The notes beneath the pieces are model-generated. The model was not told the DNA's origin and made no database searches. It was given only the letters and a program-made list of their open reading frames with translations. A stretch of 64,000 nt of DNA from positions 1 to 64,000 of IMG/VR virus record IMGVR_UViG_3300037471_001473; one strand, written 5' to 3'. Each line of letters starts with the position of its first letter. Position 1 is the first letter of the stretch. Positions 26,262 through 33,764 of this stretch are shown in pieces. The position numbers and the translations under genes were made by a program. Origin of the DNA: a virus (taxonomy: Duplodnaviria; Caudoviricetes).

Positions 26262-26822
26262 ATGATCGCGAACACGCACCCGGAAACGGGCATCCGCTAC
26301 GGCGTCATCGCCTGCAACAGCCTGGACCCCGACGTCTACAACGACCTCTGGCAGAACGGCAAGGACCTGAGCTACGAGGAAGCGGCCAAGGACCTGCAGG
26401 CCGAGGTCGATAACGAGGCCGACGACATCGAGGAGGAGGCGGCCATCTCCCGCGGCGAGATCGACGGCGGCCCCCCCACCGAAGCCGACATCGAGCGCGC
26501 CTTCGAGGCCAAGGGCTACCCCGACCGCGAGTCGTTCATCGACGGCGAGTTCGAGAAGCGCGCGCAGGACATCCAGATCGACGAGCCGGTGATCGAGGGC
26601 GAGCACGAGGGCGTGAAGTACCGCATCTCGTGGCTCGGCGGCGCGCCGCTGCTGTGGGTGTTCGAGGGGCCGATCGGTTACGCAGAACGGCTGTGCTCGC
26701 CGTGCGTGCCGAACGCCGCAGATCTCGACGGCGGCTTCGAGCCCGACACCGGCGATGAGCACGGCACCGGGTATCTCTGCTACATCGTGCCGCGCGACTG
26801 GCTGAGCGAGGTGGAACGATGA
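26262..26822 (+). CDS. Highly acidic protein (186 aa; 44 D+E vs 14 K+R by hand count)
   Basis: GAGGAG RBS, codon bias. Confidence 0.8.
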   Translation: MIANTHPETGIRYGVIACNSLDPDVYNDLWQNGKDLSYEEAAKDLQAEVDNEADDIEEEAAISRGEIDGGPPTEADIERAFEAKGYPDRESFIDGEFEKRAQDIQIDEPVIEGEHEGVKYRISWLGGAPLLWVFEGPIGYAERLCSPCVPNAADLDGGFEPDTGDEHGTGYLCYIVPRDWLSEVER

Positions 26823-27055
26823 TCACCCTCGATCAACTCAAGGCCGGCGACCGCTTCATAGGCTGCTGCGACGAGCTCGACACCGACCACGAGGGCAACG
26901 AGCGCACCACGCCGGCCGGCTCGGTCTGGATCGTGTGCACCGGCCCGTGGGACGAGGAAGCCGTCTCCATCTTCTGCGAGGCCACCGGCGGCTGGATCAT
27001 GCCGACGCTGGCCGAGCTCAACAACCCCGCGCTGTTCGAGCGCGTGCCCAACTGA
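26819..27055 (+). CDS. Hypothetical early protein (78 aa)
   Basis: ATGA overlap. Confidence 0.65.
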   Translation: MITLDQLKAGDRFIGCCDELDTDHEGNERTTPAGSVWIVCTGPWDEEAVSIFCEATGGWIMPTLAELNNPALFERVPN

Positions 27056-27062
27056 GGGATGT

Positions 27063-27149
27063 ATGAAGAACGTCATCAACTTCGTCACCGGCCTGTCCTC
27101 AGGCCTGATCGCAATCGCGGTCTACCGCCTGCTCTCCACCACTTGCTGA
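27063..27149 (+). CDS. 28-aa hydrophobic peptide MKNVINFVTGLSSGLIAIAVYRLLSTTC
   Basis: GAGGG RBS; fills the gap exactly; absent from ORF track. Confidence 0.5.
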   Translation: MKNVINFVTGLSSGLIAIAVYRLLSTTC

Positions 27150-27159
27150 AAGGCAACCC

Positions 27160-27426
27160 ATGTTCAAGAAGAACCCCCACAAGATCCTGCTGGGCGACCT
27201 GCACGAGGCCCGCGTCAGCCTGGTCAACCACCAGGCCAGCGCCGAGTACCACGTGCTGCAGTCGCAGCTGAACATGCTGGAAGCCGCGCAGGCCTCGGCG
27301 CGCGCCGACGCGGCGCAGCGCCGCATCGAGCGCATCGAGGCGGTGCTGGAGGCCCAGCGCCTGGCCCGCATGCCGAAGACCCCGCCCAAGCCGGCCAACC
27401 TGCACGCCGTCAAGGAGGGTGCGTAA
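27160..27426 (+). CDS. Hypothetical coiled-coil protein (88 aa)
   Basis: AAAGG RBS. Confidence 0.7.
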   Translation: MFKKNPHKILLGDLHEARVSLVNHQASAEYHVLQSQLNMLEAAQASARADAAQRRIERIEAVLEAQRLARMPKTPPKPANLHAVKEGA

Positions 27427-27439
27427 CGGCCCACAACCC

Positions 27440-27462
27440 GCGGCCCCATACGGGGCCGCTTC
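27440..27462 (+). terminator. Hairpin, possible weak terminator or processing site
   Basis: GCGGCCCC-atac-GGGGCCGC followed by TTC. Confidence 0.5.
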
Positions 27463-27476
27463 ACCAAGGAACCACC

Positions 27477-28196
27477 GTGAACTACGAACAAGCCAAGGCC
27501 CAGCTGGCCACCGCCCGCAACATCAATGCGGGCAAGCCCATCGAGCGCAACACGCGCCTGTTCCAGCGCGGCGATGCCATCGCCGTGCAGTACCACCAGA
27601 CGGACATCGTCACGTTCAAGAAGAACGGCGACACCGTGCTCAACACCAACGGGTGGAAGACGCAATCCACGAAGGAGCGCCTCAACAGCTTGACCCCCGT
27701 CGGTCGCATCCACCAGGAGAAGGGCGTCTGGTACTTCGTCTACCAAGGTGAGCGCCACGTGTTCAAGGACGGCTTGACCATCAAGGCCAGCGGCAAGGTG
27801 GTGGGCGCGGCCGACCACAACGCTGTGAGCCACGAGACGGCCCTGCGCCGCAAGGCGTCGCTGTACGCCAAGAAGTTCACCGAGGCGCTGTACGCCGGCA
27901 AGGTGCCGCCGCCGGGACCCGGCGACTGCTGGGCCTGCCTGATGAAGACCGAGGACGGCAAGCAGCCGCTCGGCGGCAAGAGCCACATCGTCGAGCACAT
28001 GGAGGAGAACTACTTCGTGCCCTCGCTGCTGATCAACGCCATGAACCAGTTCGGCGCCAGCATGGCGATGCGTTCCACGGTGCACGGTCTGGTGCACAAG
28101 GAGCCGCAGCACGTGTGGCCGCAGGACTTCATCAAGAAGGACATCGCCAAGTCGATCCGCCGCCACTGCCTGAGCCAGATGGGGATGGCAGCATGA
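27477..28196 (+). CDS. Hypothetical phage protein (239 aa)
   Basis: Exact ACCAAGGAACCACC plus GTG; LNTNGWKTQSTKERLN looks like a conserved phage motif. Confidence 0.8.
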   Translation: MNYEQAKAQLATARNINAGKPIERNTRLFQRGDAIAVQYHQTDIVTFKKNGDTVLNTNGWKTQSTKERLNSLTPVGRIHQEKGVWYFVYQGERHVFKDGLTIKASGKVVGAADHNAVSHETALRRKASLYAKKFTEALYAGKVPPPGPGDCWACLMKTEDGKQPLGGKSHIVEHMEENYFVPSLLINAMNQFGASMAMRSTVHGLVHKEPQHVWPQDFIKKDIAKSIRRHCLSQMGMAA

Positions 28197-28834
28197 AGAA
28201 GCTCACCACCATCCCCTTCGCCGGCTTCTACAGCACCTGGCACGACTACGAGCTCGACCAGGCGCTGGAGATGATGTTCACCGACCGCGCTAGCGGCACC
28301 GAGTTGAACGACCGGCTGCACATGGAAGCCTTCGACGGCATCGCCTGGCAAGGCGTTCACATCCAATACGCGAAGGCGTATTGCGACGCCTTCGCCGAGG
28401 AGTTCGAGATCGCGCTGACGTTCGAGTCGCTGCAGAGCCCGCGCTTCTACAACTTCGAGACCGACCGCGTCTTCGCGGAGATCGACTTGAAGGAGGTGCG
28501 GCGGCTGTTCAAGGAGACGCCGCGCGAGATCTTCGACGCCGTGATCGAGGAGGAGTTCACCAGCCGCTCGGGCTTCATCTCCAGCTACCCGAACACGCTG
28601 GACGAGTGGCCGGTGATCCCCGAGTGGGACCACAACCACATCGGCGCGTTGATCAAGGCCCACGTCCGCCACTGCAACAACGGCGAGGACATGGACCAGG
28701 ACCGGGAGTTCTCGCTGATGGAGCGCTACCGCGACAACGGCCGCTTCGATGAGTGGCTTTGCGAGGCTGGCACGCCGAAGTTCAATCGGGCACTTCGCAT
28801 CATGGACTACCTGGAAGAACGCAAGGAGCGTTGA
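28193..28834 (+). CDS. Acidic hypothetical protein (213 aa)
   Basis: ATGA overlap; IPFAGFYST...SPRFYNFETDRVF. Confidence 0.8.
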   Translation: MKKLTTIPFAGFYSTWHDYELDQALEMMFTDRASGTELNDRLHMEAFDGIAWQGVHIQYAKAYCDAFAEEFEIALTFESLQSPRFYNFETDRVFAEIDLKEVRRLFKETPREIFDAVIEEEFTSRSGFISSYPNTLDEWPVIPEWDHNHIGALIKAHVRHCNNGEDMDQDREFSLMERYRDNGRFDEWLCEAGTPKFNRALRIMDYLEERKER

Positions 28835-29088
28835 TGAAGTGCTACCTGTTGCAGCAGCTGGGCGGCGGCCCGCAGTTCGACGACGTCTACCTGTCGACGC
28901 TGGCCGATGTCCGTCAGACCATACGGGACTTTGTCGCCCCGTTCCACTACGACACGCTCAGCGTGGCGCTGATCCAGTTCGATCACAGTCGGACCAACCT
29001 GCTTGCCATGCTGAGCGGGGAAGGCAAGGTTGAGGTGTTGAAGCGCTGGGACGTCAAACCCAACGGCGCGTTGAGCGCCGACAACTAA
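28834..29088 (+). CDS. Hypothetical early protein (84 aa)
   Basis: TGATG coupling, AAGGAG RBS. Confidence 0.65.
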   Translation: MKCYLLQQLGGGPQFDDVYLSTLADVRQTIRDFVAPFHYDTLSVALIQFDHSRTNLLAMLSGEGKVEVLKRWDVKPNGALSADN

Positions 29089-29097
29089 GGAACCACC

Positions 29098-30303
29098 ATG
29101 AAGATCAAGACCATCACCACCCATCGCCACACGGCGACCATCACCGACACCTACGGCGAGATCGAGCTAGAACTGGAGCACAAGCCGTCGTTCCTGCACG
29201 AGTACAAGGACCCGCTGGTTCACTTCCAGGACGGCAAGCTCGTTTTCGCCTACCTGGTCGACGACGGCGACGACGCCGGCGACCCGCCGATCGGCGAGCC
29301 GGGCACGTGCAACGGCAATCTGTACCTGGCGGGCAGCTATAGCGCCAGCGATTCGACGATTTTCGACAACCCCGGCGAGTACCATTCGGCGCTGGGCCTC
29401 GACAGCTACGGAGACCCCGAACTCGGCCGCGGCTTCGACATCGACCGCGAGGTGCGGCGGTACGACGGGTCGTTCAGTAAGACGACCTGCCTGTGGGACC
29501 TGGCCGTCGAGAAGTTCATCGCCGACAAGGTCTTCGACAACGACGAGGACAAGCAGGCCCGGTGGGTGCGCAGCGTCGTGCTCGGCGAGGGCCTCTACTC
29601 CAGACTGACGCCACTGCCCGACAACTGGAAAGACCTGATCAAACTCGACGACGTGCAGCGCGACCTGTACGACGACCAGAACGGCGTGTTCACCGAGGAG
29701 ATCTCCGACATCGCGATGGGCTTGTACTCCACGTACTGGCGTCGCATCGCCGGCCCCTACGTCGTGCCGGTGAGCTACCACAGCGAGCGCGGCTCCACGT
29801 CGATCAGCGTGACCTCCTGGGACGGCGACCCTGGCGACCTGCCCGACGGCGTGTGGGAGGCCGACAAGGACGCCATCGAGAACATCGACGCTTGCGTCAT
29901 TCCGGCCGGCCTGGAGATCCAGTGGCGCGGAGCTCTGCATGGTGACGGCAGCCCGAGCACGCTGCACGCCGTCGTGCTGCAGGGCGACAAGGTGCTGCAC
30001 GACGCCGGCACTGCGTCGGGGTCGTGGGGCCGCGCCATGCAGTGGATCAGGGACAACTACGAGATCCGCGCCACCTTCGACGACATCGTCAAGGCCAGCG
30101 AGCGCTACGCCGCGCCGATCCTGCAAGAGCTCCAGGACTGGTGCGACGGCAACATCTGGGGCTGCGTCGTCGAGGTCTTCAAGCAGTACAAGCTGGACGG
30201 CTGGCAGCAGGTCAGTGAGGACTCGTGCTGGCGCTTCATCGGCGAGGACCACGCACTCGAATCCCTCAAGGACATGTTCGACCAAGCCGTCTCCGCTCTG
30301 TAA
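29098..30303 (+). CDS. Large acidic hypothetical protein (401 aa)
   Basis: AAGGAACCACC leader, strong codon bias. Confidence 0.85.
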   Translation: MKIKTITTHRHTATITDTYGEIELELEHKPSFLHEYKDPLVHFQDGKLVFAYLVDDGDDAGDPPIGEPGTCNGNLYLAGSYSASDSTIFDNPGEYHSALGLDSYGDPELGRGFDIDREVRRYDGSFSKTTCLWDLAVEKFIADKVFDNDEDKQARWVRSVVLGEGLYSRLTPLPDNWKDLIKLDDVQRDLYDDQNGVFTEEISDIAMGLYSTYWRRIAGPYVVPVSYHSERGSTSISVTSWDGDPGDLPDGVWEADKDAIENIDACVIPAGLEIQWRGALHGDGSPSTLHAVVLQGDKVLHDAGTASGSWGRAMQWIRDNYEIRATFDDIVKASERYAAPILQELQDWCDGNIWGCVVEVFKQYKLDGWQQVSEDSCWRFIGEDHALESLKDMFDQAVSAL

Positions 30304-30326
30304 ACACTATTTACCAAGGAACCACC

Positions 30327-31001
30327 ATGAGCCAACCCACCTGCGCGCAGCGCGTTCACGCCGCCTGGGAATCCCGTCGCGAGGATCTCGAAGCGATCAT
30401 GAACTGCGACGACACCGACAACGGGCCCGAAGACATCGGCCCCTTCCACGAGTACGGCCTGTGCTTCGACTACGTGGCGCCGCACACCTTCAAGGACCAG
30501 GACGAGGGCTACTGGCGCTACCAGTTCAGCCACGGCGGCCCCAGCGAGGAGATCCGCTTCTTCGGCGAGAGCCACGAAGGCAACAGCGAGCCGGACTTCG
30601 ACTACGCCGAGTTCTGGTTCCTCGACTGGTTCGACGGCGCGTCGGTGCGCATCCCCTGCAACGACAAGGTTCTTCAGTGGGCGTGGCAGCAGTTCGCCGA
30701 GACCGGCACGGCGCAGTCCGTGTGGGAGGAGGCGATGAAGGACTACACGCCACCCGAGCCGGTGATGAAGGACCGCGTCGAGGAGGTGAAGATCGAGATC
30801 GACACCGAGAACAGCGCCTACCGCGGCGGCGACATCGGCAACGAGATCGCGCGCCAGCTGCGTGAGCTCGCCGATAAGTTCGTGGGCCTGGACGACGAGG
30901 GCGTCGCCGAACTCGACAGCCTGTGGATCTACGACGTCAACGGCAACAAGACGATGTACGTCGACATCACCACGCAGGAGGTCGACGAAGATGACATCTA
31001 A
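30327..31001 (+). CDS. Acidic two-domain hypothetical protein (224 aa)
   Basis: Exact ACCAAGGAACCACC leader. Confidence 0.8.
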   Translation: MSQPTCAQRVHAAWESRREDLEAIMNCDDTDNGPEDIGPFHEYGLCFDYVAPHTFKDQDEGYWRYQFSHGGPSEEIRFFGESHEGNSEPDFDYAEFWFLDWFDGASVRIPCNDKVLQWAWQQFAETGTAQSVWEEAMKDYTPPEPVMKDRVEEVKIEIDTENSAYRGGDIGNEIARQLRELADKFVGLDDEGVAELDSLWIYDVNGNKTMYVDITTQEVDEDDI

Positions 31002-31359
31002 GCTGGTGAACTACGGGCCGGTGCGCATCGACCCGAACCGGATCAGCTTGCCCTGGCCCGAGCATGCAGGAGGCGGCAGCGAGTTCTCGATCGGCATGCA
31101 CTTCGACGGCGTCGCCGCGACCAACTACGTGTTCAAGCTGCTGGACTCGGCGACGTCGCGCATGAACGAGGCGAAGGCGCGGAAGATCCTGGGCAGCACC
31201 GTGAACGCTCAAGGCGGGCTGGGCAACGGTCTGCCAGTCATCGGATGGCCCCAGAGCGGCGACTGGCGCGACCAGGTGCTGCTCGACGGGGACTTCACCG
31301 CCGACACCCTGGAAGCCATCGCCTGGTGGATGCGCAACATGCCGCGGCCTGCCACCTGA
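30991..31359 (+). CDS. Hypothetical early protein (122 aa)
   Basis: GGAGG RBS. Confidence 0.65.
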   Translation: MTSKLVNYGPVRIDPNRISLPWPEHAGGGSEFSIGMHFDGVAATNYVFKLLDSATSRMNEAKARKILGSTVNAQGGLGNGLPVIGWPQSGDWRDQVLLDGDFTADTLEAIAWWMRNMPRPAT

Positions 31360-31366
31360 ACCTCGG

Positions 31367-31391
31367 GGGGAGGCACGATAGATGCCTCCCC
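31367..31391 (+). promoter_or_regulatory. Palindrome that also matches a sigma54 -24/-12 promoter
   Basis: GGGGAGGCA-cgataga-TGCCTCCCC; contains AGGCACG-ATAG-ATGC (31371-31385) versus consensus TGGCACG-N4-TTGC, with exact GG-N10-GC spacing. Confidence 0.5.
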
Positions 31392-31429
31392 TGCCGGGCA
31401 ATCACCACTGAACCACCAAGGAGATCACC

Positions 31430-31936
31430 ATGAAGCGAATCCTCGCGCTGCTGGCGCTGTCCCTCCTGACCCTCACGGCGCGCGCCGGCGTGTGGGACTT
31501 CTACTACCTGGGCACCATGGAGTTCAACCCGTTCTACGGCACGGACGGCTCCTTCACCGCCACCGACGCCAACGGCGACGGCATCATCGTCGGCAGCGAG
31601 GTGACCAGCTTGACCTTCTTCGGTCACATCTTCGAGCCGCCGTCGTCCATGAACCTGCCGGGCATCGACGTGCAGTCGGCCCTGACCAGCTTCCACTTCG
31701 ACACGTTCACCGGACAGCTGGAGTTCGACTGCTTCGGCGGCGAGTGGCAGGACGTGGTCGAGAAGGACGGGCTTCGTCTGTTCTACAGCGACGGTCGGGG
31801 TGGTTATGCCTTCACCCTGGTCGGCCCGCCGGTGGTCACGGCACGCGCGCTGGCGGCGCCAGTGCCCGAGCCGGACACCTACGCGCTGCTGCTGGCCGGC
31901 CTGGCGGTGGTTGCGCTGGTGCGGCGCCGGGCGTAG
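31430..31936 (+). CDS. PEP-CTERM sorting-domain surface protein (168 aa)
   Basis: Sec signal peptide MKRILALLALSLLTLTARA; C-terminus VPEPDTYALLLAGLAVVALVRRRA (VPEP + TM + Arg cluster); DANGDGIIVGSE Ca-binding-like loop. Confidence 0.93.
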   Translation: MKRILALLALSLLTLTARAGVWDFYYLGTMEFNPFYGTDGSFTATDANGDGIIVGSEVTSLTFFGHIFEPPSSMNLPGIDVQSALTSFHFDTFTGQLEFDCFGGEWQDVVEKDGLRLFYSDGRGGYAFTLVGPPVVTARALAAPVPEPDTYALLLAGLAVVALVRRRA

Positions 31937-31991
31937 GATCTGCGCCAAGCTGCCTCGCCCGCCGCCCCGACCGCACACTGCGGTCACCTCA

Positions 31992-32027
31992 GAGGGCCCC
32001 GTTCAAGCCACGGGGCCCTCGCCTTTT
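31992..32027 (+). terminator. Rho-independent terminator after the PEP-CTERM gene
   Basis: GAGGGCCCCG-9 nt-CGGGGCCCTC followed by gcCTTTT. Confidence 0.75.
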
Positions 32028-32094
32028 CGGTTTGTCATTTTCTCAACGAAGGCTAAACTGCGGGCCCCACCACCCGCATCACCGAGGACTCACC

Positions 32095-32634
32095 TTGAGC
32101 AACGCACCCCAAGAAACCATCAACCCCATCCTGACCCTGATGATCTGGATGGAAGCCGCGCAGCACGGCCAGAAGCAGCTGCGCATGTACGAGGCCCTGT
32201 GCCTGGAAGAAGAAGCCGAGACGCTGGAGGAGATCGAGCTCACGCCGCCGATGCCGGCCGACGGCTCAACCCCCGAACGCTTGACCTACACCTCGCATCG
32301 CTCGCTGGCCGCGGCGATGTCGGCGGTGGCCAAGGAGATGCGCAGCGGCGAGTTCAAGCTGGGCGTCAACCCCGGCAAACTGCTGGACGCGCACCTGGAC
32401 TCGATCTGGGTCCACCTGGGCGCTGCGCTGGCGCTGCTGACCCCACCCAGCCAGAACCCTGCTTACGCCAACATGAACGCCGGCGAGAAGCTGGCGGCGG
32501 CCTGGGCGCTGCTGCACAAATCGAACATCGACGACAAGCGGCAGCCCGACGGCAGCTTCGCCCGAGACGCTTCTGGCAAGATCACGAAGCCGTCGACCTG
32601 GACGGCACCAGACTTCGACCAGTTCTTCTTCTGA
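32095..32634 (+). CDS. MazG-like / PRA-PH-like NTP pyrophosphohydrolase (179 aa)
   Basis: TTG start after ACCGAGGACTCACC; LEEEAETLEE, LLDAHLDSIWV, HKSNIDDK, RDASGKITKPSTWTAPD. Confidence 0.8.
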   Translation: MSNAPQETINPILTLMIWMEAAQHGQKQLRMYEALCLEEEAETLEEIELTPPMPADGSTPERLTYTSHRSLAAAMSAVAKEMRSGEFKLGVNPGKLLDAHLDSIWVHLGAALALLTPPSQNPAYANMNAGEKLAAAWALLHKSNIDDKRQPDGSFARDASGKITKPSTWTAPDFDQFFF

Positions 32635-32642
32635 CCCCAACC

Positions 32643-32667
32643 GAGCCGCCCAACGGGCGGCTCTTTC
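32643..32667 (+). terminator. Rho-independent terminator
   Basis: GAGCCGCCC-aac-GGGCGGCTC-TTTC. Confidence 0.75.
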
Positions 32668-32688
32668 ATTCCACCAAGGAGATCACCG

Positions 32689-32931
32689 ATGGACGACGAC
32701 AACGTCAAACGAAGGGACTACTTCACCAACCTCAAGTACGGCGACCTCGTTCGCACACAGAGCGGCCGCGCGCTGGCCTTCATCGCCTACGTGAAGGAGG
32801 CGACGCCGGGCTCCCAGCTGATCCTGCTGGATCGCCACACCCGCGAAGTCGAGACCTTCCACGACGACGGCCGCTACATGCTCAACCGCACCCACTCGAA
32901 CTGGGACCTCGTGGTCCCCACCAAGGACTAA
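32689..32931 (+). CDS. Hypothetical protein (80 aa)
   Basis: ACCAAGGAGATCACC leader. Confidence 0.7.
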   Translation: MDDDNVKRRDYFTNLKYGDLVRTQSGRALAFIAYVKEATPGSQLILLDRHTREVETFHDDGRYMLNRTHSNWDLVVPTKD

Positions 32932-32933
32932 CC

Positions 32934-33185
32934 ATGCTGCACACCAAGATCACCGGCTCCTCCAACCTGAGCGCGGCCGCCTGGCGCGACGAGATGCTGT
33001 TCATCCAGTTCCACCACGGTGGCTGGTACAGCTACACCGGCGTGCCGCAGCAGGTCTTCCACGACCTGGTCAACGCGCCGAGCGCGGGTAAGTTCTTCCA
33101 CGCGGCCGTCAAGCCCTCTTTCCCGTCGGTGAACCTGCGGATCGAGGAGGTTCGTGCATTGGGTCTCGAAGACCCGGCCCAATGA
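32934..33185 (+). CDS. KTSC-domain protein (83 aa)
   Basis: SSNLSAAAW...LFIQFHHGGWYSYTGVPQQVFHDLVNAPSAGKFF. Confidence 0.88.
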   Translation: MLHTKITGSSNLSAAAWRDEMLFIQFHHGGWYSYTGVPQQVFHDLVNAPSAGKFFHAAVKPSFPSVNLRIEEVRALGLEDPAQ

Positions 33186-33317
33186 GGGGAAGCCCCCAGG
33201 CCAGAAGCGTGCCCGCACTTTAGAGGTCGTGGCACAATCGTGACGGTCAGTTAGCTAGGGTCGACTCACCAGTCTAGCTGACCGCTCACCCCACCAAGGC
33301 CAACACGAAGAAACGAG

Positions 33318-33764
33318 GTGTATATGGACGTTGTCCATTGCTATTCTCCCCTCCAGCCCGCCAGCTACAGCTACCTCACCGGCGCGGCCGTGTGTGAGGT
33401 GAAGCAGATGCTCGTGCAGCCACACGGCGCACAGATCTGGAACCTGTTCTGGCTCTCGACCCCCACCATCGACCTCGTGCCGCAAGCCGACCCCGGCAAG
33501 TGGTTCGAGGTCTACCAGCCCAGCGCCCGGCGCACCACCGCGGTGGTCCGCGACGCCCTCGACGACGAGGCCCTGCTGCGCAAGCTGGCGATGCACCCGA
33601 CGCGCTTCCTGGAGTGGTTCGACAGCATCGACGACCACTCCATCTTCGACTGCTACGACGCCTTGAACGGTGACGACTGGGTGCAGACCGTCATCATGCG
33701 CGCCGCCGGCGCGGCCGCTCGCATCGGTGGGGTTCTTCCGCTCAAGAAGATCTCCTACGAATGA
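33318..33764 (+). CDS. Hypothetical protein (about 147 aa)
   Basis: GAGGTG RBS, ATGA overlap with helicase. Confidence 0.7.
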   Translation: MYMDVVHCYSPLQPASYSYLTGAAVCEVKQMLVQPHGAQIWNLFWLSTPTIDLVPQADPGKWFEVYQPSARRTTAVVRDALDDEALLRKLAMHPTRFLEWFDSIDDHSIFDCYDALNGDDWVQTVIMRAAGAAARIGGVLPLKKISYE

